A program made the translations under genes and the position numbers. From Escherichia phage vB_EcoM_OE5505, in sequence record NC_054926.1: a stretch of 64,000 nucleotides of DNA; one strand, written 5' to 3'. The notes below the pieces were generated by a model. It was given only the letters and a program-made list of their open reading frames with translations, had not been told where the DNA came from and did not search any database. Within the stretch, counting starts at the first letter, position 1. Each line of letters begins with the position of its first letter. Below, piece by piece: positions 9,557-20,525 of the stretch.

Positions 9557-10309
9557 ATGGCAAACATTATTCGTTGTAAATTACCAGATGGTGTTCATCG
9601 TTTTAAACCATTTACGGTAGAAGATTATCGAGATTTTTTGTTAGTTCGAAACGATATAGAACATCGGTCACCACAAGAACAAAAAGAAATAATTACTGAT
9701 TTAATTGATGATTATTTTGGAGACTATCCGAAGACTTGGCAACCATTTATATTTTTGCAGGTATTTGTAGGTTCAATAGGTAAAACTAAAGTACCAGTCA
9801 CATTTGTATGTCCAAAATGTAAAAAAGAAAAGACAGTTCCATTTGAAATATATCAAAAAGAATTAAAGGAACCTATTTTTGATGTAGCTAATGTTAAAAT
9901 TAAATTAAATTTTCCTTCTGAGTTTTATGAAAATAAAGCAAAGATGATTACTGAAAATATTCATTCTGTTCAAGTAGATGAAATGTGGTATGATTGGAAG
10001 GAAATTAGTGAATCGAGTCAAATAGAACTTGTTGACGCCATCGAGATAGAAACATTAGAAAAAATTCTCGATGCAATGAATCCTATTAATTTAACATTGC
10101 ACATGTCGTGTTGTGATAAGTACATTAAAAAATACACTGATATAGTAGATGTGTTTAAGCTATTAGTTAATCCAGATGAGATATTTACTTTTTATCAAAT
10201 TAATCACACGCTTGTAAAAAGTAATTATAGCTTAAATTCAATAATGAAAATGATTCCTGCCGAGCGCGGATTCGTATTAAAACTGATTGAGAAGGATAAA
10301 CATCAATGA
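9557..10309 (+). CDS. 51: Baseplate hub assembly protein gp51
   Basis: 250-aa ORF, synteny with T4. Confidence 0.8.
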   Translation: MANIIRCKLPDGVHRFKPFTVEDYRDFLLVRNDIEHRSPQEQKEIITDLIDDYFGDYPKTWQPFIFLQVFVGSIGKTKVPVTFVCPKCKKEKTVPFEIYQKELKEPIFDVANVKIKLNFPSEFYENKAKMITENIHSVQVDEMWYDWKEISESSQIELVDAIEIETLEKILDAMNPINLTLHMSCCDKYIKKYTDIVDVFKLLVNPDEIFTFYQINHTLVKSNYSLNSIMKMIPAERGFVLKLIEKDKHQ

Positions 10310-11481
10310 GTATGTTACAACGTCCTGGATATCCAAATCTCAGCGTTAAATTATTTGAGAGTTATGACGCTTGGAGTAATAATAGATTTGTTGAATTAGC
10401 TGCTACTATTACCACATTAACTATGCGTGACTCTCTTTATGGTCGAAATGAAGGAATGCTGCAGTTTTATGATTCTAAAAATATCCACACAAAAATGGAT
10501 GGAAATGAAATAATTCAAATTTCTGTAGCTAATGCAAACGATATTAATAATGTTAAAACACGAATTTATGGATGCAAGCATTTTTCCGTGTCAGTAGATT
10601 CAAAAGGCGATAACATCATTGCTATTGAATTGGGAACTATTCATTCTATAGAAAATCTTAAATTTGGTAGACCATTTTTCCCTGATGCAGGTGAATCTAT
10701 AAAAGAAATGCTTGGTGTCATTTATCAAGACCGCACATTATTAACTCCAGCAATAAATGCTATAAATGCTTATGTTCCTGATATTCCATGGACTAGTACA
10801 TTTGAAAATTATTTGTCCTATGTAAGAGAAGTTGCTCTAGCTGTAGGAAGTGACAAATTTGTATTTGTGTGGCAAGACATCATGGGAGTTAACATGATGG
10901 ACTATGATATGATGATAAATCAAGAACCATATCCAATGATTGTAGGTGAGCCATCTTTAATAGGTCAATTCATCCAAGAATTAAAATATCCATTGGCATA
11001 TGATTTTGTTTGGTTGACTAAATCAAACCCGCATAAACGTGATCCAATGAAAAATGCTACTATCTATGCTCATTCGTTTTTAGATTCTTCACTGCCAATG
11101 ATTACTACAGGAAAGGGTGAAAACTCTATTGTAGTGTCAAGGTCAGGTGCTTATTCTGAAATGACTTATAGGAATGGCTATGAAGAAGCTATTCGTCTTC
11201 AAACTATGGCGCAATATGATGGCTATGCTAAATGTTCTACTGTCGGTAATTTTAACTTGACTCCTGGTGTTAAAATTATTTTTAATGATAGTAAAAACCA
11301 ATTTAAAACAGAATTTTACGTTGATGAAGTTATCCATGAATTATCAAATAATAATTCAGTAACTCATCTATATATGTTCACTAATGCAACGAAACTGGAA
11401 ACAATAGACCCAGTTAAGGTTAAAAATGAATTTAAATCTGATACTACCACTGAAGAAAGTAGTTCTTCCAATAAGCAATAA
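10306..11481 (+). CDS. 27: Baseplate hub protein gp27
   Basis: 391-aa ORF, same length as T4 gp27; ATGA overlap with gene 51. Confidence 0.85.
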   Translation: MSMLQRPGYPNLSVKLFESYDAWSNNRFVELAATITTLTMRDSLYGRNEGMLQFYDSKNIHTKMDGNEIIQISVANANDINNVKTRIYGCKHFSVSVDSKGDNIIAIELGTIHSIENLKFGRPFFPDAGESIKEMLGVIYQDRTLLTPAINAINAYVPDIPWTSTFENYLSYVREVALAVGSDKFVFVWQDIMGVNMMDYDMMINQEPYPMIVGEPSLIGQFIQELKYPLAYDFVWLTKSNPHKRDPMKNATIYAHSFLDSSLPMITTGKGENSIVVSRSGAYSEMTYRNGYEEAIRLQTMAQYDGYAKCSTVGNFNLTPGVKIIFNDSKNQFKTEFYVDEVIHELSNNNSVTHLYMFTNATKLETIDPVKVKNEFKSDTTTEESSSSNKQ

Positions 11482-11959
11482 AGAAGTTTCTATTCCTAAA
11501 ATGGGTCTTAAACATTATAACATTTTAAAAGATGTTAAAGGCCCTGATGAAAATTTAAAACTTCTTATTGATTCTATTTGTCCGAATTTGTCACCGGCAG
11601 AAGTTGATTTCGTTTCTATTCATTTATTGGAATTTAATGGAAAGATTAAATCTCGTAAAGAAATAGATGGCTATACTTATGACATTAATGATGTTTATGT
11701 ATGCCAAAGATTAGAATTTCAATACCAAGGAAATACATTTTATTTTAGACCTCCTGGAAAATTTGAACAATTTTTAACGGTGAGCGATATGTTATCTAAA
11801 TGCTTGCTTAAGGTCAACGATGAAGTTAAAGAAATTAATTTTCTTGAGATGCCAGCATTCGTTTTAAAATGGGCAAATGATATTTTTACAACTTTAGCAA
11901 TTCCTGGCCCTAATGGTCCAATAACTGGAATTGGCAATATTATTGGATTATTTGAATGA
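11426..11959 (+). CDS. 28: Baseplate hub distal subunit gp28
   Basis: 177-aa ORF overlapping the 3' end of gene 27. Confidence 0.75.
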   Translation: MNLNLILPLKKVVLPISNKEVSIPKMGLKHYNILKDVKGPDENLKLLIDSICPNLSPAEVDFVSIHLLEFNGKIKSRKEIDGYTYDINDVYVCQRLEFQYQGNTFYFRPPGKFEQFLTVSDMLSKCLLKVNDEVKEINFLEMPAFVLKWANDIFTTLAIPGPNGPITGIGNIIGLFE

Positions 11960-13728
11960 AAAAGCCACAAGAAATGCAAACGATGCGTAGAAAAGTTATT
12001 TCAGATAATAAACCAACACAGGAAGCGGCTAAATCCGCTTCCAATACTTTATCTGGACTTAATGACATTTCTACAAAATTGGATGATGCTCAAGCTGCTT
12101 CTGAATTAATAGCTCAAACCGTTGAAGAAAAATCGAATGAAATAATTGGAGCAATTGACAATGTAGAAAGCGCAGTGAGTGATACTACTGCTGGTTCTGA
12201 GTTAATTGCTGAAACTGTAGAAATTGGCAACAATATTAATAAAGAAATCGGTGAATCACTCGGAAGTAAATTAGATAAATTAACGAGTTTACTAGAACAA
12301 AAAATTCAAACAGCTGGAATTCAACAGACAGGAACCAGCTTAGCTGTAGTCGAAAGTGCTATTCCCGTTAAAGTTGTTGAGGATGATACAGCTGAATTTG
12401 TTGGTCCATTATTACCAGCTCCTGAAGCAGTTAATAATGATCCTGACGCTGATTTTTTCCCTGCCCCTCAACCAGTTGAACCTAAGCGAGAGTCACCGGA
12501 AGAAAAACAGAAAAAAGAAGCATTTAATTTAAAATTATCTCAAGCTTTAGATAAATTAACAAAGACTGTTGATTTTGGATTTAAAAAATCCATTTCAATT
12601 ACTGATAAAATATCAAGCATGCTATTTAAGTATACTGTCAGTGCTGCTATTGAAGCTGCTAAAATGGTTGCATTAATAATGGCTGTTGTTATTGGAATAG
12701 ACCTACTGATGGTTCATTTTAAATATTGGTCAGATAAATTTTCAAAAGCCTGGGATTTGTTTAGCACTGATTTTAAAACTTTTTCAAGCGAAACCGGAAC
12801 TTGGGGTCCTTTATTACAGAGCATCTTTGAATCTATTGATGAAATTAAAAAGTTCTGGGAAGCGGGAGATTGGGGCGGTTTGACGGTAGCTATTGTAGAA
12901 GGGCTTGGAAAGGTTCTTTATAATTTAGGAGAGCTTATTCAATTAGGTATGGCTAAATTATCTGCAGCAATTCTTCGAGTCATTCCTGGCATGAAGGATA
13001 CTGCTGATGAAGTAGAAGGAAGAGCATTAGAAAATTTCCAAAATTCTACTGGAGCATCTCTTAATAAAGAAGACCAAGAAAAAGTAGCAAATTATCAAGA
13101 TAAACGAATGAATGATGATCTTGGCCCAATAGCAAAAGGATTAGACAAAATTGCGAACTGGAAAACTCGTGCATCTAACTGGATTCGTGGTGTAGATAAT
13201 AAAGAAGCATTGACTACTGACGAAGAACGTGCAGCAGAAGAAGAAAAATTAAAACAACTTTCACCGGAAGAAAGAAAAAATGCTTTAATGAAAGCTAATG
13301 AAGCCCGTGCCGCGATGATTCGTTTTGAAAAATATGCTGATTCAGCTGATATGAGTAAAGACTCAACAGTTAAATCAGTTGAAGCTGCCTATGAAGACCT
13401 TAAAAAACGGATGGATGACCCGGATTTAAATAATTCACCGGCAGTTAAAAAAGAACTTGCTGCTAGATTTTCTAAAATTGATGCTACTTATCAAGAGCTC
13501 AAGAAAAATCAGCCTAATGCCAAACCTGAAACTTCTGCTAAATCGCCAGAAGCAAAACAAGTCCAGGTAATAGAAAAGAACAAAGCACAACAAGCTCCTG
13601 TTCAACAAGCATCTCCTTCAATCAATAATACTAATAATGTTATTAAGAAAAATACTGTCGTTCATAATATGACACCCGTAACGAGCACAACTGCTCCTGG
13701 TGTATTTGGCGCGACTGGAGTTAATTAA
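11956..13728 (+). CDS. 29: Tail tape-measure / baseplate hub protein gp29
   Basis: 590-aa ORF, length and position as T4 gp29. Confidence 0.85.
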   Translation: MKKPQEMQTMRRKVISDNKPTQEAAKSASNTLSGLNDISTKLDDAQAASELIAQTVEEKSNEIIGAIDNVESAVSDTTAGSELIAETVEIGNNINKEIGESLGSKLDKLTSLLEQKIQTAGIQQTGTSLAVVESAIPVKVVEDDTAEFVGPLLPAPEAVNNDPDADFFPAPQPVEPKRESPEEKQKKEAFNLKLSQALDKLTKTVDFGFKKSISITDKISSMLFKYTVSAAIEAAKMVALIMAVVIGIDLLMVHFKYWSDKFSKAWDLFSTDFKTFSSETGTWGPLLQSIFESIDEIKKFWEAGDWGGLTVAIVEGLGKVLYNLGELIQLGMAKLSAAILRVIPGMKDTADEVEGRALENFQNSTGASLNKEDQEKVANYQDKRMNDDLGPIAKGLDKIANWKTRASNWIRGVDNKEALTTDEERAAEEEKLKQLSPEERKNALMKANEARAAMIRFEKYADSADMSKDSTVKSVEAAYEDLKKRMDDPDLNNSPAVKKELAARFSKIDATYQELKKNQPNAKPETSAKSPEAKQVQVIEKNKAQQAPVQQASPSINNTNNVIKKNTVVHNMTPVTSTTAPGVFGATGVN

Positions 13729-13736
13729 GGAATAAT

Positions 13737-14831
13737 ATGGCAATTGTTAAAGAAATAACTGCTGATTTAATTAAAAAGTCCGGTGAGAAAATTTCAGCCG
13801 GACAGAGTACTAAATCAGAAGTAGGAACTAAAACATACACAGCCCAGTTTCCAACTGGGCGTGCTAGTGGGAATGACACTACAGGGGACTTCCAGGTAAC
13901 AGATCTATATAAGAATGGATTATTATTTACTGCATACAATATGTCATCTAGGGATTCTGGAAGTCTCAGAACGATGAGATCTAACTACTCTTCTTCATCT
14001 TCTAGTATTTTACGTACAGCCAGAAACACTATCAGTAATACAGTATCAAAACTGTCAAATGGATTAATATCAGATAATAATTCAGGAACAATAAGTAAAG
14101 TTCCTGTTGCAAATATTCTTTTACCGAGATCTAAATCTGATGTTGATACATCATCACATAGATTTAACGATGTTCAAGATAGTCTTATTACAAAAGGTGG
14201 AGGTACTGCTACTGGCGTGTTAAGCAATATGGCTTCAACTGCAGTATTTGGAGCACTGGAAAGTATAACACAAGGTATAATGGCTGATAATAATGAACAG
14301 ATTTATACGACAGCCAGAAGTATGTATGGTGGTGCTGAGAATAGAACTAAAGTGTTCACTTGGGATTTGACTCCGCGTTCCACAGAAGATTTAATGTCTA
14401 TTATTAATATCTATCAATATTTTAACTATTTTTCTTATGGTGAAACGGGTAAATCTCAATATGCTGCTGAAATAAAAGGATATCTAGATGAGTGGTACCG
14501 TTCTACTTTTATTGAGCCGTTAACTCCAGAAGATGCAGTTAAAAATAAGACGTTATTTGAGAAAATGACATCGAGTTTAACTAACGTTCTTGTAGTTTCA
14601 AACCCGACAATTTGGATGGTGAAAAACTTTGGTGCAACATCTAAGTTTGATGGAAAAACGGAAATATTCGGTCCATGTCAAATCCAGAGTATCAGATTTG
14701 ATAAAACACCTAATGGTAACTTTAACGGATTAGCTATTGCTCCAAATCTCCCTAGTACATTTACTCTCGAGATTACTATGAGAGAAATTATCACGTTAAA
14801 CCGTGCTTCTTTATATGCGGGGACTTTTTAA
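13737..14831 (+). CDS. 48: Baseplate tail tube cap gp48
   Basis: 364-aa ORF, synteny. Confidence 0.85.
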   Translation: MAIVKEITADLIKKSGEKISAGQSTKSEVGTKTYTAQFPTGRASGNDTTGDFQVTDLYKNGLLFTAYNMSSRDSGSLRTMRSNYSSSSSSILRTARNTISNTVSKLSNGLISDNNSGTISKVPVANILLPRSKSDVDTSSHRFNDVQDSLITKGGGTATGVLSNMASTAVFGALESITQGIMADNNEQIYTTARSMYGGAENRTKVFTWDLTPRSTEDLMSIINIYQYFNYFSYGETGKSQYAAEIKGYLDEWYRSTFIEPLTPEDAVKNKTLFEKMTSSLTNVLVVSNPTIWMVKNFGATSKFDGKTEIFGPCQIQSIRFDKTPNGNFNGLAIAPNLPSTFTLEITMREIITLNRASLYAGTF

Positions 14832-15796
14832 TGTATTCTTTAGAGGAATTTAATAATCAAGCAATAAACGCAGATTTCCAACGTAATAATATGTTCAGCT
14901 GTGTTTTTGCTACAACTCCATCAACTAAAAGCTCTTCGTTGATAAGTTCAATTAGCAACTTTTCTTATAATAACTTGGGCCTAAATTCAGATTGGTTAGG
15001 ATTAACTCAAGGCGATATTAATCAGGGAATTACTACGCTAATTACAGCTGGCACACAAAAACTGATAAGAAAATCAGGGGTTAGTAAATATCTTATTGGT
15101 GCCATGAGTCAACGTACAGTTCAAAGTTTATTAGGCTCATTTACAGTTGGTACATATTTAATTGACTTCTTTAACATGGCATATAACTCATCTGGATTGA
15201 TGATATACTCTGTAAAAATGCCAGAGAATAGATTATCCTATGAAACTGACTGGAACTATAATTCTCCTAATATTCGTATAACTGGGAGAGAATTAGACCC
15301 TTTGGTTATTTCATTCAGAATGGATTCAGAAGCTTGTAACTATCGTGCAATGCAAGACTGGGTTAACGCTGTTCAAGACCCAGTAACTGGATTGCGTGCT
15401 TTGCCGCAAGATGTCGAGGCAGATATTCAGGTTAATCTTCATTCTCGCAATGGATTACCACATACTGCGGTGATGTTCACTGGATGCATTCCAGTGTCCG
15501 TAAGCGCTCCTGAGTTATCATATGATGGAGATAACCAAATAACTACATTTGATGTTACTTTTGCGTATAGAGTGATGCAGGCTGGAGCAGTTGATAGACA
15601 AGCTGCCATTGAATGGCTTGAATCTGCTACTATAAATGGTATTCAAAGCGTTCTCGGAAATAGTGGAGGTGTTACTGGACTATCTAATTCGCTTTCACGA
15701 CTTAGTAGATTAGGGGGAACTGCAGGAAGCATTTCAAATATTAACACTATGACAGGAATTGTCAATTCGCAAAGTAAAATATTAGGAGCAATATAA
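14831..15796 (+). CDS. 54: Baseplate tail tube initiator gp54
   Basis: 321-aa ORF, synteny. Confidence 0.85.
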   Translation: MYSLEEFNNQAINADFQRNNMFSCVFATTPSTKSSSLISSISNFSYNNLGLNSDWLGLTQGDINQGITTLITAGTQKLIRKSGVSKYLIGAMSQRTVQSLLGSFTVGTYLIDFFNMAYNSSGLMIYSVKMPENRLSYETDWNYNSPNIRITGRELDPLVISFRMDSEACNYRAMQDWVNAVQDPVTGLRALPQDVEADIQVNLHSRNGLPHTAVMFTGCIPVSVSAPELSYDGDNQITTFDVTFAYRVMQAGAVDRQAAIEWLESATINGIQSVLGNSGGVTGLSNSLSRLSRLGGTAGSISNINTMTGIVNSQSKILGAI

Positions 15797-15800
15797 CAAT

Positions 15801-15830
15801 GGGGACCGAAAGGTCCCCATATTTTATTTA
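15801..15830. terminator. Terminator after gene 54 (bidirectional hairpin)
   Basis: GGGGACC-GAAA-GGTCCCC followed by ATATTTTATTTA. Confidence 0.6.
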
Positions 15831-16114
15831 CGGAATGAAATAAAAGCAGCAACTGAAGCAACAGAGGTTTCTTCAATATAAACCTCAATTTTTACCGGAG
15901 CTTCTGACTCAAATTTACCTGTTACTACACCTTGGAAAATACTTTCAGTCTGTTCTGGCTTTGAAAAATTTTCAGAAGGAAAAATTCCGAACTTTTTATC
16001 TGTTCCAAAAATTTTGATAAATTCATCATAAACTGCTTCATTAAAAGCGTTATCAGCAGGAATAACGCCTTCAACTACAAGTTCTTGACCTAAAAAGCGT
16101 AAAGAAGATTTCAT
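15824..16114 (-). CDS. Hypothetical 96-aa protein between gene 54 and the alt genes
   Basis: ORF with GAGGAA ribosome-binding site and an early-type promoter upstream. Confidence 0.55.
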   Translation of the reverse strand: MKSSLRFLGQELVVEGVIPADNAFNEAVYDEFIKIFGTDKKFGIFPSENFSKPEQTESIFQGVVTGKFESEAPVKIEVYIEETSVASVAAFISFRK

Positions 16115-16145
16115 TTTGTGTTCCTCATGTTATGTCAGTAAGACT

Positions 16146-16175
16146 ACTATAACACAACACGAGGGACTTGTAAAC
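16146..16175 (-). promoter_or_regulatory. T4 early-type promoter
   Basis: GTTTAC -35, 17-bp spacer, TATAGT -10 on the - strand; about 40 bp nearly identical to the alc promoter region at 31941-31980. Confidence 0.45.
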
Positions 16176-18226
16176 TACATTTTGAACTTTTTAGACATTC
16201 CGTTGATGTTAACCAAAGAAGCTAAGATTTGAGAAACTTCGCTTTCCTCTTCTTTTGATTCTTCTACAAGGAATTGATTAAATCCAGCCATTGGACGAAC
16301 TTCACCAGTTTCCATTAGATGGTCGCCATCATATACTGATTCTTCTAATTGTTCAGAAGGAGGAACGATTGTACCTTCGATTAGATACTTGTTATAAGCA
16401 GTTTCTTTCATAAAGTAAGTACTTACTTTATTAATCTTCAGTAAAATTCCACGTGGTAGAATAATTTCAGCTTCTGACGGAAATCCTGATAAATGACCCG
16501 GAACGATAACTTTGATTCGCTCAGCTCCTTTAATTACCATACCCACGCTAGTTTCAGCATCTTCATTAGCATATGTAGAATGACTACCCATATGCATCAA
16601 ATCTTCTGCATCAACGGAACCTTCTCCTTCACCAGAAAATACTGCGCCGGAATCATCTAGAGCCATATAGTTTTTACCATGCTCACCGAAGATATTTGGT
16701 TTAAGCGATGTGGATACGAAGTTCTTGAAATAGAACATTTTATTTTCAATGTTATGACGCAAAGTTTTAAAGGTAACTTCTTGTCCACGGTAAAGTGTAG
16801 TTCCTGGAGGAAGAACTGAACCTTTAGCGAATGCAGAATCAAGCGTCTCAATATGTTTAATAGCTCGTTCCATATATTCTTCACGGGTAGAATCTGGTTT
16901 ACCCAAAAGGAACGAGTTCATTTCAACATATGAATCTGCACAATAATCTTCAATTACATCAGATTCAGCTTGAGTTAATCCTTTTGGAGTTACTTCAGTG
17001 CTTGCGTATTCATATGCCTGAGCAGCAGATTCATTAATCAATTTATAAATGCCATTCATGACAAATTGAATAATAGCTGTCTTTTCATCTGGCGTAGCTT
17101 TAGAACCTTTAACCAAATCATTGATAATTTTCTTAATAACATCAAAGCTATTAGAAATATTAATATCAGCAAGATCGCTTAAAATTTTATCAGTCTTATA
17201 ATCAAAGAATTCTTTATTCTTTAAATATTCTTGAGAACCTTGATATGTTATATCGCTCTGTAACTTGATAGATGGATCACGTAAACGTGCATGGGCTAAT
17301 GCAATATGATTTCGGAAGCTTTCGAGTTCATAATCACTAGATTTAAAACGAGAAGCGCTTCTCATACCGCCTATAGCTCCTTTGCTGAAGTTTGAACCAA
17401 TTTGAATAACGCCAGAGTTCATTGGTCCTTCTGCTTTATACACCGGAACTTTAGATTCAAACTCTTGATATTTCTTAGCAGCGAAGCTATCACCCTGAAG
17501 TGAAGCATCAACAGTAGAATATTGAGCTTGTGCTGCTAATCGACGACTAATTTTAGTTTTCTGAATAACAGCTTGGTCCGTGCGCTTATCATTTTCTAAA
17601 GCAATAGAAGCAGCAACAGCTTTAGGAACAGCATTACCTGTTTTAACATCTACATAAACATCACCAACCTTTGATTCAACTTTTGTGAATAACTCAGTTG
17701 AAATAGGAGGTACACCTGGAATGTCTTCTAAATTGGCATTTTTACGATAAACCATAATATATGCGTACTTTTTATCATAATCCCAGATTTCCTTTAAAAG
17801 AACATATCGACCTGCTCCTTTAGTACGTACTAAACGGTCAGCAATAACTTGCATTTGACGAGCTGCGCCATTTGTTTTACTCTTTAGTACACGGAATAAG
17901 CACGCGTCAATTTTATACTGCTTCATTGTTTGAAGAGCAGTATCAAAAACGGCATTAATGACACCAATTGGATTTCCACCCAAGTTTTTAAGCTTAACTA
18001 ATGATAGTTTCTCATTAACACCTATCATTACGATATGCATCATTTTATCGCCTGGCTTAACGTTTTTATTCGTATCACCACCAGAGGTGTATGTACAAAA
18101 TCTAAATCCAGGAAGCACGCTTTCTTCGCCGGCTTGAATAGCAAAAATTTGTGGTATTTTATGCTTAGGATTTAAGTTAACAACCGGCGCCGAAGCGCCG
18201 TCAAATAATTCTGTAATAAGTTCCAT
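16175..18226 (-). CDS. Alt-like ADP-ribosyltransferase, diverged paralog of alt
   Basis: 683 aa; shares the MELITELFD N-terminus and overall architecture with the adjacent alt product; R (LYRGQ), STS (FVSTSL) and ExE (EAEIILPRG) motifs retained. Confidence 0.75.
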   Translation of the reverse strand: MELITELFDGASAPVVNLNPKHKIPQIFAIQAGEESVLPGFRFCTYTSGGDTNKNVKPGDKMMHIVMIGVNEKLSLVKLKNLGGNPIGVINAVFDTALQTMKQYKIDACLFRVLKSKTNGAARQMQVIADRLVRTKGAGRYVLLKEIWDYDKKYAYIMVYRKNANLEDIPGVPPISTELFTKVESKVGDVYVDVKTGNAVPKAVAASIALENDKRTDQAVIQKTKISRRLAAQAQYSTVDASLQGDSFAAKKYQEFESKVPVYKAEGPMNSGVIQIGSNFSKGAIGGMRSASRFKSSDYELESFRNHIALAHARLRDPSIKLQSDITYQGSQEYLKNKEFFDYKTDKILSDLADINISNSFDVIKKIINDLVKGSKATPDEKTAIIQFVMNGIYKLINESAAQAYEYASTEVTPKGLTQAESDVIEDYCADSYVEMNSFLLGKPDSTREEYMERAIKHIETLDSAFAKGSVLPPGTTLYRGQEVTFKTLRHNIENKMFYFKNFVSTSLKPNIFGEHGKNYMALDDSGAVFSGEGEGSVDAEDLMHMGSHSTYANEDAETSVGMVIKGAERIKVIVPGHLSGFPSEAEIILPRGILLKINKVSTYFMKETAYNKYLIEGTIVPPSEQLEESVYDGDHLMETGEVRPMAGFNQFLVEESKEEESEVSQILASLVNINGMSKKFKM

Positions 18227-18229
18227 GAT

Positions 18230-20287
18230 TTATCCTTGAACGAACTTGTAAGGCATGTTTGCAATATCTATACAAGACGCAATAATTCCAAGAGATGATT
18301 CTACTTTCTGTTTAACATTTGATGAAACAAATGATGCAAAGTCAACTCTGTCTTCTACTTCAATATCACCTGTCATTGTAACTACTTCGCCGGTTTCCAT
18401 TAGACGGTCACCGTCATAAATTACCGATTCGGTGAGTTCTTCTGTGGTCATAACTTCAGCTTGAATAAGCTTGTTGTTAGTTTTAACTGTTCCATCATTG
18501 TAAGATGCATCGGTTATTTTATTAACTTTGACCATTAATCCACGTGGCAAAATGACTTCCATTTCATTTGAAGGTGCTAAACTTCCACCTGGTAAAACAA
18601 CATTGACTTTATCAGCCCCAGTAATAACCCATCCAATTCCAACTAAATTATCGCTAGAATTTACTAGTCCTTCATCAGTTTTATCAATAGAAACACTTAA
18701 ACGCTTTTCGTCTGGTAAAACACCCACAGATGAATCAGTCATCCAGGTACCAAAAATATTTGGATATAATGATGTTGACACAAAATTTCTAAAATAAAAA
18801 ACTCGATTTTTTACCAGTGCTTCATATATTGAAGGTAACATTCGTTGTGAACGATACAAAGTAATACCTTTTGGTAATCGTTCACCATTTTTAAAGGCTG
18901 AATCTAAATTATCAATAGCTTTTTCTATGTCAGATGCTGTCAAAATACTTGTACGCTCATCTGGATTATATAATCCCAAAAGAGCATTATTTATGTCTAC
19001 ATATCCTGAACCTACGTATTCACGAATTCCGCGTTTTTGTGCTGGTGTGTATTTAGATGAATCTTTATTTTCGACTATAGGATGTAATGACCATCCAGCG
19101 GTAAGAGCATATCCACGCAATTCTCTTCGAATAATCTTTGTTTTTATTGCATTCCAAGAATTTTGTACTAACTCATTCGCAGCATCTTGATTTAAATGCG
19201 AATGCTTGTTAATGTTTCTTTCTAACCAAGCACCTTTATATTTTTCTAAAGTATCATCAACTATAGAAGCAATAGTTTCTAAAGTTTTTATTGAAGTAAT
19301 AGATTCTTTTCGTAATCTTTCTAAAGCTTTATTTTTTATTTCTGCATTAACATCAGATTCTTTATCTTCAGGAATTATAGAAGCTTCTCTGAATGCCATT
19401 CCAGCTGTAACACTACTAAGAGCATTCTCTAATGCAAATCCTGAAGTAGAAATAACAGTTAATTCATTAGCGTCAGAAATTAAAGGAGCGTCAGCAGGTT
19501 TATTTAATTCTGCTGCTGAAGCCTCAAATTTTTGAAACATCGGCGTTTCAAATCTAGAAGATTCCAATGATTGACTTTGCGCAATTGCTCTACGGGAAAT
19601 TTTAACTTTAACGATTACAGCTTGGTCAGAACGTTTATCATTTTCTTGCGCAATAGATGCTGCAATTGCCTCATTTTTAGTTACTTGAGCTCCAGTATCT
19701 TTATTGATATAAACATCACCGACCTTCGATTCAACTTTAGTAAAGAGCTCAGTACTAATTTCCGGAACTCCCGGAATGTCTTCTAGTGATACATTTTTGC
19801 GATGTATAAGAATATATGCATACTTTTTATCGTAATCCCAGAGTTCCTTAAGAAGGACGTATCTGCCACCTGAACGACTGCGGATAAGTCTATCAGCAAT
19901 AAGTTGAATTTGACGAGCTTGACCAGCAGTTTTAGACTTAAGAATACGGAGCATGCAGGCATCAATTTTATACTGACGCATCGTTTGCATTGCAACTGTA
20001 AAAACTGAATTGATATAATTAATTGGGCTTGGACCAAGACCTTTTAATTTAGCAATTGAACCTTTAGCAGTTAATGTAAAAGGAACAATATGCATCATTT
20101 TATCGCCCATCTTTAAATCGCGATTAGTATCACCTCCAGATGTATAGGTACATAAACGAAAGCCTGGTTGTTCAATTGCATCATCAACATGAACTGAAAA
20201 AATTTGCGGTATTTTCTTCTTTGGATTTAAGTTTGTAATCGGAAGAGTAGTATCTTCGTCAAATAATTCTGTAATAAGTTCCATCAT
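18230..20287 (-). CDS. alt: Alt ADP-ribosyltransferase (packaged, injected with the DNA)
   Basis: 685-aa ORF near-identical to T4 Alt as recalled; R (LYRSQ), STS and ExE (EMEVILPRG) motifs. Confidence 0.85.
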   Translation of the reverse strand: MMELITELFDEDTTLPITNLNPKKKIPQIFSVHVDDAIEQPGFRLCTYTSGGDTNRDLKMGDKMMHIVPFTLTAKGSIAKLKGLGPSPINYINSVFTVAMQTMRQYKIDACMLRILKSKTAGQARQIQLIADRLIRSRSGGRYVLLKELWDYDKKYAYILIHRKNVSLEDIPGVPEISTELFTKVESKVGDVYINKDTGAQVTKNEAIAASIAQENDKRSDQAVIVKVKISRRAIAQSQSLESSRFETPMFQKFEASAAELNKPADAPLISDANELTVISTSGFALENALSSVTAGMAFREASIIPEDKESDVNAEIKNKALERLRKESITSIKTLETIASIVDDTLEKYKGAWLERNINKHSHLNQDAANELVQNSWNAIKTKIIRRELRGYALTAGWSLHPIVENKDSSKYTPAQKRGIREYVGSGYVDINNALLGLYNPDERTSILTASDIEKAIDNLDSAFKNGERLPKGITLYRSQRMLPSIYEALVKNRVFYFRNFVSTSLYPNIFGTWMTDSSVGVLPDEKRLSVSIDKTDEGLVNSSDNLVGIGWVITGADKVNVVLPGGSLAPSNEMEVILPRGLMVKVNKITDASYNDGTVKTNNKLIQAEVMTTEELTESVIYDGDRLMETGEVVTMTGDIEVEDRVDFASFVSSNVKQKVESSLGIIASCIDIANMPYKFVQG

Positions 20288-20307
20288 AGCCTCTCTAGTG
20301 TTTATTC

Positions 20308-20315
20308 TATTTATA
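20308..20315 (-). promoter_or_regulatory. Late promoter for alt
   Basis: TATAAATA on the - strand about 20 bp upstream of the alt ATG. Confidence 0.5.
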
Positions 20316-20320
20316 AAATT

Positions 20321-20338
20321 AAAGGCCCGAAGGCCTTT
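20321..20338 (-). terminator. Tetraloop hairpin between the 62-aa ORF and alt
   Basis: AAAGGCC-CGAA-GGCCTTT. Confidence 0.4.
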
Positions 20339-20525
20339 AATAATCTAGTGGTAAGAGAGTACGGTATATTTCAAACTTTGGACCTTTTTCATAGGCATCA
20401 AATGTTTCTGTGAATTTATTATAAGCGTATGCATCTACAAATTCGAGAATGACTTGTGATACAGAAGTAGAAACATCTCCACCTTCTTTTTGAGCAATGA
20501 CAATTGTTTCTAAGTAAGCTTTCAT
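20337..20525 (-). CDS. Hypothetical 62-aa protein between genes 30 and alt
   Basis: ORF; start overlaps the ligase stop. Confidence 0.5.
   Translation of the reverse strand: MKAYLETIVIAQKEGGDVSTSVSQVILEFVDAYAYNKFTETFDAYEKGPKFEIYRTLLPLDY

Noticed and set aside
18528-20037. ORFs within the alt gene (18528..18797, 18927..19190, 19206..19535, 19571..19786 on +; 19783..20037 on -)
   Set aside because: Contained in the well-supported Alt coding sequence; no independent signals.
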